In this document: piece after piece, positions 9,335-18,699 of the stretch
Position numbering within the stretch: the first letter of the stretch is position 1
Layout of the letters: every line of letters begins with the position of its first letter
NCBI GenBank assembly: GCA_965213625.1
Contig: CBDBZU010000004.1
Coordinates: 128,001 to 192,000, forward strand
DNA length: 64,000 bases
Source: a bacterium
Lineage (GTDB): Bacteria; UBA8248
Direction of reading: 5' to 3'
The notes under the pieces: generated by a model
What the model was told of the DNA's origin: nothing
Seen by the model: only the letters and a program-made list of their open reading frames with translations
Database searches by the model: none
Translations under genes and position numbers: made by a program

Positions 9335-10207
9335 CTATTCGATAGCGCCCGTTCGCTGTTTCAGGTCTTCATCCGTCACGGGGCCTAAGTATTCAAAGCC
9401 GCTCTCATCGAGTCCGCCCACGCCGATGTACCAGCCCGGCGCCGAGAGGTCTTCGGTGTCGCTGATGTTCGCGAGCCAGTGCTCCACTCCGGCGGGCATG
9501 TAGTTCACGTCGCCTGCGAACACTTCCCCGCGATCTTTCCCGATTCCCGCGAGTCCGCGGCCCTTCAGGATGTAGCAAATCTCCTCGCAGTTGTTGTGGC
9601 GGTGCTTCATGTGCACGGTTTTGGGGCCGAAGTAGCCCTGCATCCAGCACGAGCCCGCCCCGTGGCTGCGGTTGAGCGGCTCGTTGAAATAATCCTGCGT
9701 CCAGCCCTCCTCATGCGATACCTTGACGTGGGGAACCTCGTCGTTGTGAACGAGGGGATGCTGCAGGGCAGCGGCGCTCAGCGTGCGCGGGGCGGTGATG
9801 TCGGCCTCGGTGACCTCGCCCAAATAGACGCGGCCGGTGTCCTTGAAATAGGGAACGCGGTCGTAGAACCCGATGATGACGAGCGGATCGTGCCTGCCCA
9901 GGTTCACGAGCCAGTGCTTCACGCCCTTGGGAATCTGGTGGAAGTGGCCCGCATGCACCTCCACGCGGTCCTCCCCCGCGCCCGCCAGGCCGTGGCCGCT
10001 CACGACGTAATACTGCATCTGGCAGTTCTCGTAGCGGTGCTTGTGGTGGCGATCACCGGGGGCCAGGGTGGCGTGGTACATGATGGAGGAGGAACCCTCC
10101 TTCCCGCTGACGACGACACGGAAATCGGAGACGCTCCAGCCCTCTTTTTCGTCGAGCTTCTCGGGCGTCACGTTGGCGATGCGAATGTATGGGTGCTCAA
10201 AAGACAT
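9335..10207 (-). CDS. Bicupin protein (paralog 2)
   Basis: HHKHRYENCQ..IPKGVKH and HMKHRHNNCEE..PAGVEH; AAGGAGG before ATG 10207. Confidence 0.8.
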   Translation of the reverse strand: MSFEHPYIRIANVTPEKLDEKEGWSVSDFRVVVSGKEGSSSIMYHATLAPGDRHHKHRYENCQMQYYVVSGHGLAGAGEDRVEVHAGHFHQIPKGVKHWLVNLGRHDPLVIIGFYDRVPYFKDTGRVYLGEVTEADITAPRTLSAAALQHPLVHNDEVPHVKVSHEEGWTQDYFNEPLNRSHGAGSCWMQGYFGPKTVHMKHRHNNCEEICYILKGRGLAGIGKDRGEVFAGDVNYMPAGVEHWLANISDTEDLSAPGWYIGVGGLDESGFEYLGPVTDEDLKQRTGAIE

Positions 10208-10238
10208 GACGACCTCCTTGATTTCTGGAGACAAGCGC

Positions 10239-10419
10239 GGGGTTGTTGAAAAACTCCCCCCGAGGAGGGGGTTTGTAGGGGTCACATAGATGCGACCCGG
10301 ATTTTTCACGCCGCCCCCGAACGGGCCGCATGATATGCGGCCCCTACCAAACCAACCCCCCGGCCCCTTGCCACGGGGGTAAAGGCGACGCCCCCTGCGA
10401 GGGCTCTTTCAACATCCCC
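10239..10419. mobile_element. MITE with GGGGTTGTTGAAAA terminal inverted repeats, carrying a GTAG-REP doublet
   Basis: Left GGGGTTGTTGAAAAA, right CTTTCAACATCCCC; inside GTAGGGGTCACATAGATGCGACCC and GGGCCGCATGATATGCGGCCCCTAC. Confidence 0.7.
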
Positions 10420-10440
10420 GCCCGCGCAAGTTGGCGGGCG

Positions 10441-11469
10441 TCAGTTCGCTATCTCTATTACCGCCCGGAGCGTGCCGCCGTCACCCCCTGAGTCGACGAA
10501 CTCGAAGCCCTCTTGAATGTCATCGAGCGCGAAGTGGTGCGTGACGAGGGGTTCCAGGTCAATCTGCCCGGTCGCCACCAGACGGATGGCGCTCTCGAAA
10601 TCCTCCGGCAGACCTGCGCGCGAGCCGATGACGGTCAGGTCCTTGAAGTAATAGGCCTGGCCCGGCACCCCGTCTACCTGCGCCGGCCCGATGCCGAACT
10701 GCAAAATCGCGCCGCCGGGCCGCACCATCTCGTAGGCCTGCACCATGGTCTCGGCAGCGCCCGCCGTCTCGATGACGATGTCCGCCCCCAGGCCGTCGGT
10801 AAGCTCACGCACGGCTTCGACGGGGTCCACCTCGCCCGCAGGCACGATTTCATCCGCACCCATCTCTTTCGCCACCTCGAGCTTCCACTTGCTCCTCGTC
10901 ACGGCGATGACGGACGAAGCGCCCGACACTTTCGCCAACTGCGTGTGGAGCAGGCCGCTGCTCCCCTGCCCCAGGACGGCCACGCGCGAACCCGCGATGT
11001 AGGGCGCCTTTCGCTGGCTGTAGACGACCGTGTAGAGACCCACGAAGTTCGTCGCCGCGGCGAAACTCACCTGCTCGGGGAAGGCGAACGCTTCGGTCTC
11101 GCGCACGGCGATGTACTCGGCGAAAGTGCCCGGCACCTCGCGACCCCTGAGCCCGCCGTGCAGGCAAATGTTCGTCAGCCCGCGCACGCAGTAGAAACAA
11201 GTGCCGCAACTCGAAAGGGGGTTCAGCACGACCCGGTCGCCCACTTTCAGGCGCGTGACGCTCTCGCCGACCTGCTCCACCGTGCCCGTGCACTCGTGGC
11301 CGGGAATCAAGGGGATGCGCGCGGGCATTTTTCCGGCCCAGATGGATACGTCCGTGCCGCAGATGGCCGAAGTGGCCACACGCACCAGCGCGTGGTCGGC
11401 GGGCAGGCCGGGGTCGGGCTGATCGCCCACGCTCATCACGCGCGTTTTTTCAAGCAAAGCCGCTTTCAT
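10441..11469 (-). CDS. Zinc-dependent alcohol dehydrogenase (MDR family)
   Basis: ICGTD, GHE, structural Zn CGTCFYC..C, GQGSSG nucleotide-binding loop. Confidence 0.92.
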   Translation of the reverse strand: MKAALLEKTRVMSVGDQPDPGLPADHALVRVATSAICGTDVSIWAGKMPARIPLIPGHECTGTVEQVGESVTRLKVGDRVVLNPLSSCGTCFYCVRGLTNICLHGGLRGREVPGTFAEYIAVRETEAFAFPEQVSFAAATNFVGLYTVVYSQRKAPYIAGSRVAVLGQGSSGLLHTQLAKVSGASSVIAVTRSKWKLEVAKEMGADEIVPAGEVDPVEAVRELTDGLGADIVIETAGAAETMVQAYEMVRPGGAILQFGIGPAQVDGVPGQAYYFKDLTVIGSRAGLPEDFESAIRLVATGQIDLEPLVTHHFALDDIQEGFEFVDSGGDGGTLRAVIEIAN

Positions 11470-11613
11470 GAAATTCTCCGCCAGAACATGAGGTTACGTT
11501 TCAGGAAAATTGAGATTCGATTCGCCCCAAGAATACGGCATCGCGCCGATATGGAAAAGCGGGTTTGGTACTAAAACCACAAGCCCGCGAACCACACCGG
11601 AAAGAAATTCTCC

Positions 11614-12777
11614 TCAGCGTGCCTCGAAGAAGCGGCGCACGGCGTGGTCGGGGGTGAAGCGGCCCTCTATGGCGTCGCGGAGCCAGTCGGCCACCATGAG
11701 GTAGAAATCGGGCAGGCGTCCGCCCATCGTGTGGGTTTCGTTCTCATACACCCAAAGCTCCCTCGCGCCGCCGAGGAGGTCGAAGAGTTGCTCGGCGTCC
11801 TCCAGGGGACAAAGCTCGTCGAACTCGCCCATCGCCAGAAGCGTGGGACACTCGATGTCGCCCGCGATGTGCTCGAGCGTCATCTGCCCGGCCATCGCAT
11901 CGAAGGCGTCCTCATCATAGGTGTCGGACATGTACTTGTAGTTCGCCCGGTAGGCGGGCTTTCCGCTCTTGAAGATGGAGTCCTTCTGGAGGTAGACGCC
12001 CATCGCGCCCACGCAGGCTTTCAGGCGTTTATCGTGCGCCGCCACGCACGGCCCCCAGTAGCTGCCCATGCTCCAGCCGTAAAGGCCGATTTTCCCTGAG
12101 TCCACCTCGGGGCGTGATTCCAGGAAATCGATGGCCGCAGAACCCGCGCGCTCAAAGTTATCGAGCGTCACCCAGGTCTCGCGCGTGTTGCTCTCCCCCT
12201 GGCCGGGGCCGTCGATGCTGAGCGTGGCGAGGCCGCGCCGCCTGAAGTGGTTATGGTAGGGATTGGGGAGAAACTCCTTGATGGTGTCCATCCCCGGCAC
12301 GATGATAACGCAGGGCGCGTTTTCGACCCCCGGCACGGTCTGCAAAATGCCGGGAATCGTCTTGCCGTTCTCGAAAGGAATCTCCACGCGCTCGACTGGA
12401 GCCTCATCGAATAACTCGATGAACTTTTTGTAGCAGGCGATCATCTTCCCATAGATTTCGAGCTTCTGCGGTGTGTTCTTGTGGATGACGCCGCAGGCGG
12501 GGCCGTAATAAAGGGCGGCGCGGTGGTAGAACTCCGCCGCCGATTCTCGGTGGCCCGCCGCTTCCGCTTCTCTCGCGAGCGCTTCTTCCTGAGCGGCGGT
12601 GCGCGCCCACTCCTTGGGCACGGAGCCTGGCGTCTTGATGCGCTCGGTGGTCCTCCGCACGTCGGCGGGACGGAAACCCCACTCCACGTACATCACCGAG
12701 CGGAAGGCGTAGACGTCGTGAACCTTGTAGAACTCCTCCGTCACCCACTGCTGGCCGCGGCGGCTCCCCTCGCTCAC
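11614..12777 (-). CDS. Alpha/beta hydrolase, 2,6-dihydroxypseudooxynicotine hydrolase/FrsA-like
   Basis: PGMDTIKE, DGPGQGE, GWSMG nucleophile elbow, GEFD and H; helical N-terminal cap. Confidence 0.78.
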   Translation of the reverse strand: MSEGSRRGQQWVTEEFYKVHDVYAFRSVMYVEWGFRPADVRRTTERIKTPGSVPKEWARTAAQEEALAREAEAAGHRESAAEFYHRAALYYGPACGVIHKNTPQKLEIYGKMIACYKKFIELFDEAPVERVEIPFENGKTIPGILQTVPGVENAPCVIIVPGMDTIKEFLPNPYHNHFRRRGLATLSIDGPGQGESNTRETWVTLDNFERAGSAAIDFLESRPEVDSGKIGLYGWSMGSYWGPCVAAHDKRLKACVGAMGVYLQKDSIFKSGKPAYRANYKYMSDTYDEDAFDAMAGQMTLEHIAGDIECPTLLAMGEFDELCPLEDAEQLFDLLGGARELWVYENETHTMGGRLPDFYLMVADWLRDAIEGRFTPDHAVRRFFEAR

Positions 12778-12785
12778 GAGAAAAC

Positions 12786-13508
12786 CTACGCGCGCCGGGC
12801 AGTCGCGAGATGCTCGCGCATCAGCGCGCCGCCTGCGGAGGCCGCTTCGTCAAAACCCGCCACCCGGAGCGTGTGCCACATGGCCGTTGTGTTGCTCGTG
12901 AGCACGGGCTTTCCGAGCGCGGCTTCGAGCACATCCACCGATTCGAGCGAGCGGAAGTTCGTGCAGCTGATGAAGATACCGTCCGCCTCCGCGCAATCCA
13001 CCTCGCGCGCGAGAGCTTCCGAGTTCTCGGGCGGCAGGAAGGCGGGGCACTCGACGTTCTGACCCCGCTCGGCCACGACTTCGATTCCCTTGTCCTTTAA
13101 GAATACCGTGAGCCTCTCGTTCAGCCATTCTGGATAGGGGGAAGCGAGCGCCACCTTGGCGACGCCCATCTCGCGCATGGCCTCGGTGAGGGCGGTGGAG
13201 GTCGTGGTGGCGGGGATGCCGGTTCGCTCCTGGATGACCGCGATGATGTCGTCATCCATGCCGGGGCGCACGAAGCTGCCGCCGGTGCAGCCGAAACAGA
13301 TGGCGTCGAGACTCGCGTGGCCGAGCAGATCGGCGAGTTCGGGCACCACCTCTATCATGTGCAGGAGGGTTTCTTCCTCATCGTCCGTGTGGGCGATGCG
13401 GGTGAAGTGGACCGAAACGCCTTCGGGCGCCATGCGCTGGCATTCGTACTCCATCACCGTGTTCCAGGATGGGACGATGAAGCCGAGCTTTTTCTTCCAA
13501 TCCGTCAT
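12786..13508 (-). CDS. Maleate cis-trans isomerase / Asp-Glu racemase family protein
   Basis: GFIVPSWNTVME, both catalytic Cys (GCTGGS, SCTNF), GKPVLTSN. Confidence 0.85.
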   Translation of the reverse strand: MTDWKKKLGFIVPSWNTVMEYECQRMAPEGVSVHFTRIAHTDDEEETLLHMIEVVPELADLLGHASLDAICFGCTGGSFVRPGMDDDIIAVIQERTGIPATTTSTALTEAMREMGVAKVALASPYPEWLNERLTVFLKDKGIEVVAERGQNVECPAFLPPENSEALAREVDCAEADGIFISCTNFRSLESVDVLEAALGKPVLTSNTTAMWHTLRVAGFDEAASAGGALMREHLATARRA

Positions 13509-13663
13509 GGGGATGTCCTCCATCAGGAAAGTCGAAATCCGTTTGATGCGGAAATGATAAAGAAGGCGAAGTTATAAGTCCATCGCCCGGAAAAGATCCC
13601 GTGATTGGGTTTTTGAGAAAGCTCTATGAACGAAGGCTTGACGCGTCTAATGAGGGAAAAATT

Positions 13664-13880
13664 ACTTCCCCCTTGAGGGGGTTGTTGAAAAATACCGGAC
13701 TCTGCGGTTCGGTTCGACGTATGTGAATGTGTAGGTCGGACATATATGTCCGACATATATGCGCCCCGCATTAATTTCCCACCAAAAGGGCCGCATACTA
13801 TGCGGCCCCTACACACGTTTTGACATCCCGACCAAGTGGAATTGGATCGATCCGATCCGCTAGGGATTTTCGACAACCCC
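13664..13880. mobile_element. Composite MITE: TIR element with internal REP doublet, preceded by half of a CTCCCCCTTGAG element
   Basis: GGGGGTTGTTGAAAA (13677) ... TTTTCGACAACCCC (13880); inside GTAGGTCGGACATATATGTCCGAC and GGGCCGCATACTATGCGGCCCCTAC. Confidence 0.7.
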
Positions 13881-13919
13881 GTATATCGGGTGTTCTTGGT
13901 CCCTCGCCCGGCGTTCGCG

Positions 13920-13953
13920 CAAAAAAAGGGCGGCTCATTTCGAGCCGCCCTTT
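13920..13953 (-). terminator. Intrinsic terminator downstream of the DRE-TIM gene
   Basis: Minus strand AAAGGGCGGCTC-GAAAT-GAGCCGCCC followed by a T-run. Confidence 0.75.
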
Positions 13954-14063
13954 CCGTACAATCTTCAACCCGCGCATCGGGGCGGAGAGCTTGAAGCCGC
14001 TGGGTCCGGCCGGCGAACCGGCGCGGCCTAGCTCATCCGCCCCCGAGCGATGCGGGTTGAAAA

Positions 14064-15284
14064 CTAATTCGCTCCCGCCAACTCCTTGAACTCGTCCATC
14101 GTGAGCAGGCGATGGAGGCTCAGGGATTTTTCCTTCACGTCCATCAGGAGCGCCATTTTCTCTTCCTCAGAAGCCGTGATGCCCAACTGCTCCAGGAACA
14201 GGTTGATGGAATCGATGCCGCTGCCCTTGCCGATGACGGGCTCGGGTTCGCTCTGACCGACGAGGCCGGCGCGGAAGGGCACGAGTTCGGTCGGGAAGTC
14301 CTTCTCGCAGTTCTTGAGCCAGCTGACGATGATGCCGCTCTCGATGTCGTAAAGGTTATCGCCCACCACGCAGCGGTTGGGTGCCAGGCTGATGCGCCCG
14401 CATTCCTGCACGAGGCGCGATACCTCGGTGAACTTCTCCGTCTTTAAGCCCATATCCACGTCGTACATGGTGAGCATGGCCAGGGCGAGTTCCTCATACG
14501 CCGCGTTGCCGGCGCGCTCGCCGATGCCGCTAACGGAAGTCTGCGCCACCTGGCAGCCCTCGGCCATCGCCATCAGCGTGTTGGCGACGCCCATTCCGTA
14601 ATCATCGTGGAAGTGGGGCTCGAAGGGCTCGTCCGGGAAGACCTCGCGCATCTTCTTGATGACGTAGGGCACGGTGTGCGGGCTGAGCACGCCGAACGTG
14701 TCGACGATCGCCAGCGCGTCCATGTGGCCTTCGGTCGCCACCTTCTTGAGCAGGCCCAGCACCCAGTCCAGCGGGGCACGGGAGAAGTCGATGGGGAAGA
14801 ACACGGTGTAGAGGCCGCACTCTTTTGCCACCTGCGTGGCCTTGACCGAGGTTTCGATGGCCTTGTCGAGTTCCCACTTGTAGGCGCGCTCGATCATGTG
14901 CGTGGAACTGGGCACTTCCATGACGACGCCCTTCACGCCCGTGTCGGCGGAGCGCTTCACGTCGTCCGCCATGCAGCGCGCGAAGCTGAACACCTCGGTG
15001 TCCGTGCCTTCGAGACGCTTGACGATCTCGCGGATCGCCGCCTCGTCAGACGGCGAGACCACAGGCATACCGGCCTCGATGCGGTGCACGCCCGTCTCGG
15101 CCAGGGCTTCGGCGATTCTGATTTTCTCGTCCTTGTTGAACATGACGCCCGCCTGCTGCTCGCCGTCACGGAGCGTCACGTCGTGGATCTTGGGATTGGG
15201 GTCGAAATTGATATTGGAGGTCACCTCGCCCTCGAAGTTCCACGGGCTGGTGAACCACATATCGTTGTTCCAGGGTTCGCTCAT
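14064..15284 (-). CDS. DRE-TIM metallolyase (pyruvate carboxyltransferase / LeuA-homocitrate synthase-like)
   Basis: DVTLRDGEQ, HFHDDYG, GIGERAGNA, IESGI; no LeuA regulatory domain. Confidence 0.85.
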   Translation of the reverse strand: MSEPWNNDMWFTSPWNFEGEVTSNINFDPNPKIHDVTLRDGEQQAGVMFNKDEKIRIAEALAETGVHRIEAGMPVVSPSDEAAIREIVKRLEGTDTEVFSFARCMADDVKRSADTGVKGVVMEVPSSTHMIERAYKWELDKAIETSVKATQVAKECGLYTVFFPIDFSRAPLDWVLGLLKKVATEGHMDALAIVDTFGVLSPHTVPYVIKKMREVFPDEPFEPHFHDDYGMGVANTLMAMAEGCQVAQTSVSGIGERAGNAAYEELALAMLTMYDVDMGLKTEKFTEVSRLVQECGRISLAPNRCVVGDNLYDIESGIIVSWLKNCEKDFPTELVPFRAGLVGQSEPEPVIGKGSGIDSINLFLEQLGITASEEEKMALLMDVKEKSLSLHRLLTMDEFKELAGAN

Positions 15285-15398
15285 CTCATGATTCTCCTAT
15301 TCGCCTTTTCGGGAGGCGATTTCCCCTGCACTGCGAATATGAAAAAACGCTCCCGCCCGCGCCCCAGGCGGCAGGGACGCGGACGGGAAGCAAAACCG

Positions 15399-16748
15399 TT
15401 ACGCGGGCAGCTCGAAGCGAGGCTCGCCGCGCGATTTCGCCGAGAAGTCGAAGTACGGCGAATCCTCGATGCACTCGTCGTAGTGCGAGGAACCCGTGAA
15501 GACGACGGGGCCGTCGGGGCCGACGAGGACGTTCTCTTCCAGGCGTACCGTCTGGGGAAGCCCGGGGTGACCGGCGAACGTCTCGATGGCGAAGTACATG
15601 TTCTCCTTGATCTCCACCGGATAATCGAGGCTGTAGGCGCGGCTGATCCACATGCCCTCATACAAGTCCAGGCCGATGGAGTGCGCGAACTGCTGGAGCG
15701 TCACCGTGCCGTACTTGTCATCGGCGTAGACGGGGAACTGCTCGGCCACGTCCTTGGACGTCTTGCCCGGCACGAGCTGGCTCATGCCCGCGTACATCGT
15801 GTCGTAGACCTCTCTGTAAAGCTCTTTTTCCTTCTTCGTCCAGCCGCCGCCGCACTTGAAGCAGCGCACGTAGTCGACGAAGTAGCCGCCGGGGCCGATG
15901 GCGTTGATGTCGACGACGACGAGGTCTCCGTCGCGGATCATCTTGTCGGTGTGCCAGCGGCGGTAAGGGCTGGTGTTGCCGCCCGAGGCGACGATGATGT
16001 CGTAAACGAAATCGAAGCCCTCTTCATAGAGCAGGTTGTTCACCCACGCGGTGAGATCGCACTCGCGAATGCCGGGCTTGAGCCACTCGTTCCTGATCTT
16101 CCACATGCAGGTGTCGCCGATGGTCGAGCTGATCTTGAGGCACTCGATCTCCTCGGGCGTCTTGATGACGCGCGCCTCGCTCATCGCCGGCCACGCGTTC
16201 ACCAGGTTCACGCCCTTTTCGGTGAAGGCGCTGTAGGCCTGCATGTCCATGATGTCGATGCCGATCCGCCCGTTGAGCGGAATGTTGTTCTCCTTGAGAA
16301 CGTCGATGACCGAATCCGCCATGCGGTTCACCATCATCTGCTCAGCGGTCTCGGACCACTTCCAGGTGATGGCGGGACGGATGTTGCCCTCGAGCCAGGG
16401 CGCGTCGATCCGGGCGCACTCATAGTCCGATCCTGCGGTCTCGAAGAGCACCGGCGTTTCCGCACCGCGACAGAGCACGGCGTAGCGGATGAAGATGTTG
16501 TTCTTCCAGTTGCCCTGGAAGACCGACGCGGTGTAGCGGATGTTCTCGCCCTTGTACATGATGATGGCGTCCATGTCGTGCTTTTCCATCATCGCCTTGG
16601 CGCGGGCGAGCCTGTCCTTACGCATCTGCTCGAAGTCCACGCGGCGCTGCCAATCGCTGCCCGTCTGGCTGTAGACGCGCCGGGGGGACTGGTAATGCTC
16701 TTTCTGCAGAAAGTCCATCGGCATGCCTTGTTTGCTCATTTCCACCAT
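15399..16748 (-). CDS. M24 family metalloenzyme (Xaa-Pro peptidase / DddP-like)
   Basis: Creatinase-like N-domain (NIRYT), ARVIKTPEEI, metal ligands D..GYFVD, HSIG, E, RLEE. Confidence 0.85.
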   Translation of the reverse strand: MVEMSKQGMPMDFLQKEHYQSPRRVYSQTGSDWQRRVDFEQMRKDRLARAKAMMEKHDMDAIIMYKGENIRYTASVFQGNWKNNIFIRYAVLCRGAETPVLFETAGSDYECARIDAPWLEGNIRPAITWKWSETAEQMMVNRMADSVIDVLKENNIPLNGRIGIDIMDMQAYSAFTEKGVNLVNAWPAMSEARVIKTPEEIECLKISSTIGDTCMWKIRNEWLKPGIRECDLTAWVNNLLYEEGFDFVYDIIVASGGNTSPYRRWHTDKMIRDGDLVVVDINAIGPGGYFVDYVRCFKCGGGWTKKEKELYREVYDTMYAGMSQLVPGKTSKDVAEQFPVYADDKYGTVTLQQFAHSIGLDLYEGMWISRAYSLDYPVEIKENMYFAIETFAGHPGLPQTVRLEENVLVGPDGPVVFTGSSHYDECIEDSPYFDFSAKSRGEPRFELPA

Positions 16749-16848
16749 GAAAATTCCTCCTATTCGGAAATGGGGTTGAAGCGTTCAAAAAACGACATCA
16801 ATAAAACGTCCGACAACTACGACAACCATAAAGCGCGCCCGCACTTCC

Positions 16849-17583
16849 TCAGACGCGCAACCGTCCTCCGTTTCGCGATACGGCCAGCGCCTCTTTGAGC
16901 CGCGCGCCCTCCGCCGCCATGTGCTCGCGCATGGCGAGCGCGGCTGCTTCCGGGTCGCCCGCATCGATCGCAGCCAGGAGCTTCTCGTGCTGTAGAAGCG
17001 CCTCGTCCGGCTGTCCGGGCGTTCCGATAATCCTCCGCTGGCTCTTTTCGATAAGACCCGCGATGGCCTCCCACACCGTCCTTAAAACGGCGTTTTCCGC
17101 CGCCTCGCAAAGCGCGCGGTGCCAGGCGACGCCCGCGCGCACGAAGGCTTCGGGCTTGTCGATGCGCTTTCGCATCTCCTCGGTGTGGCTCCTCAGGCGC
17201 TCGATATGTTCTTCGGTTCTGCGCTCCGCGGTCAGGCGCGCGACCTGTTCTTCCAGCCCCTGCCGCACCTCCCAGAGTTCGAGCAGGGTGTCTTCCTTCA
17301 CGTCGAGTAGAAACGCCAGGCTCTCGCGCACCGTGGCGAGATAGGGGTCCACCGTGAGGTTGCGGAGATATGCTCCCTGCCCGCTCCTCACCTCGATGAG
17401 CCCCGTTGTGTCGAGCGCGCGCAAAGCCTCCCGCACCGAAGGCCTGCCGATGCCGAGCGTCGCCGCGAGTTCACGCTCGGACGGCAACCTGTCGCCGGGC
17501 GTGAGCTTTCGTTTGCGGATGAGCTGCTGAATCTGCTCCACCACGTCTTCGTAGAGCCTCGTTTTTCTCACCGGCTTGAGCAA
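16849..17583 (-). CDS. FadR/GntR family transcriptional regulator
   Basis: GDRLPSERELA..LGIGRPSVREAL wHTH plus FCD domain; TTG start 7 nt after AGGAGG. Confidence 0.92.
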   Translation of the reverse strand: MLKPVRKTRLYEDVVEQIQQLIRKRKLTPGDRLPSERELAATLGIGRPSVREALRALDTTGLIEVRSGQGAYLRNLTVDPYLATVRESLAFLLDVKEDTLLELWEVRQGLEEQVARLTAERRTEEHIERLRSHTEEMRKRIDKPEAFVRAGVAWHRALCEAAENAVLRTVWEAIAGLIEKSQRRIIGTPGQPDEALLQHEKLLAAIDAGDPEAAALAMREHMAAEGARLKEALAVSRNGGRLRV

Positions 17584-17672
17584 GAAACCGCCTCCTGGGG
17601 ACGCAAACCATCCCGAGCGATGAGGGAAAACCACGCGGGGATTGTTATTTTTTTGTACGAGACCGGAAGTCC

Positions 17673-17718
17673 TGGTCAGATGGTATGACCAATACTAGTC
17701 TGCACGCCCCCTTGTCAA
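17673..17718 (-). promoter_or_regulatory. Putative FadR-type operator overlapping the promoter of the GntR cluster
   Basis: TGGTCAGATGGTATGACCA palindrome (TGGT-N3-ACCA at 17681-17691, FadR-subfamily-like); minus-strand TTGACA (17713-17718) and TAGTAT with a short 15-nt spacer. Confidence 0.55.
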
Positions 17719-17768
17719 CAGGCTCAAGTCCTTTTTTCATCCGGCATTAACAAGCATCCGCCCCCGCG

Positions 17769-17798
17769 TTGCCGCTCCGGTATTCCAGGGCGTATAAT
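17769..17798 (+). promoter_or_regulatory. Putative sigma70 promoter for the 17.8-24.5 kb operon
   Basis: TTGCCG-N18-TATAAT about 50 nt upstream of the 17848 start. Confidence 0.45.
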
Positions 17799-17847
17799 CG
17801 GCCCCCATCAAGCGCGCGTTACCGCCCCCTTCATCGAAGGAAATCCC

Positions 17848-18699
17848 TTGTCACCCGACTACGCCCTCTCGGCGCATCTGTTCGCCTATGAACCGCTTCG
17901 CTTTGAGCACCTGAAAGAGGCGGCCGAGGCCGGTTTCCGGAAAATCGAGCTGTGGGCGATGACGCCCAATTTCGACGTAAGCGATGTCGCGAAGCTCAAA
18001 ACCCTCAAAAGTCGGCTGGCGGACCTCTCCCTCACGACATCCACCTTCCATGCGCCCTTTTACGCCGATCTGAGCGATGCGAGAGCCGGACGCTGGCTCT
18101 CCCTCGCCGATCCTGAGGCAGATGCGCGTGAGGCGGCCATCGAGAAAACGATTCGGGCTCTTCGCGCATTCCGCCCCCTGGGCGCGCGCGTGGTTATCAT
18201 TCATCCGAGTGCGCCGGGTAAGGCGGGGGATGGGGATACCTACGAAGCCCTGGAAGATAGCATCGAGCGGCTCCTGCCCGTGGCGGAGGAGACCGACACG
18301 GTTTTGGCGCTCGAAAACATCCCCTCCGCCCTGGGCCGTGCGGAACCGCTGGCAGGGTTCGTCGGGCGGATCGACCACCCGAGACTAAAAATCTGCATCG
18401 ACACCGGCCACGCCCTCATCACCGAGTGGGAAAACACCAAAAGCGCCATCGAGCGGCTGGCGCCCTTTTGCGCCGCAACGCATCTGCACGACAACGACGG
18501 CAGGAACGACGCGCACCTGATTCCCGGCGAGGGCGCGTTCGAGTGGCCCTCTTTCTTCACGACGCTCGACGCTCAAAACTATTCGGGAACGCTTGCGCTC
18601 GAACTCAGGAGAAAAGAAGAACCCTACGCCAAGACGCTGACCGACGCAGCGCGCGCCATAAAGGCCCTCGCCTCACACATCAAGCCGAATCCCGCATGA
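17848..18699 (+). CDS. Sugar phosphate isomerase/epimerase (xylose isomerase-like TIM barrel)
   Basis: FHAPF, LALEN, CIDTGH, HLHDN..DAHL.PGEG, LALE metal motifs. Confidence 0.85.
   Translation: MSPDYALSAHLFAYEPLRFEHLKEAAEAGFRKIELWAMTPNFDVSDVAKLKTLKSRLADLSLTTSTFHAPFYADLSDARAGRWLSLADPEADAREAAIEKTIRALRAFRPLGARVVIIHPSAPGKAGDGDTYEALEDSIERLLPVAEETDTVLALENIPSALGRAEPLAGFVGRIDHPRLKICIDTGHALITEWENTKSAIERLAPFCAATHLHDNDGRNDAHLIPGEGAFEWPSFFTTLDAQNYSGTLALELRRKEEPYAKTLTDAARAIKALASHIKPNPA

Noticed and set aside
14607-16898. Long 763-aa plus-strand ORF (and similar shadows at 3809..5545, 36968..38482, 62538..63800)
   Set aside because: Antisense shadows of well-supported genes, expected in high-GC DNA; no motifs
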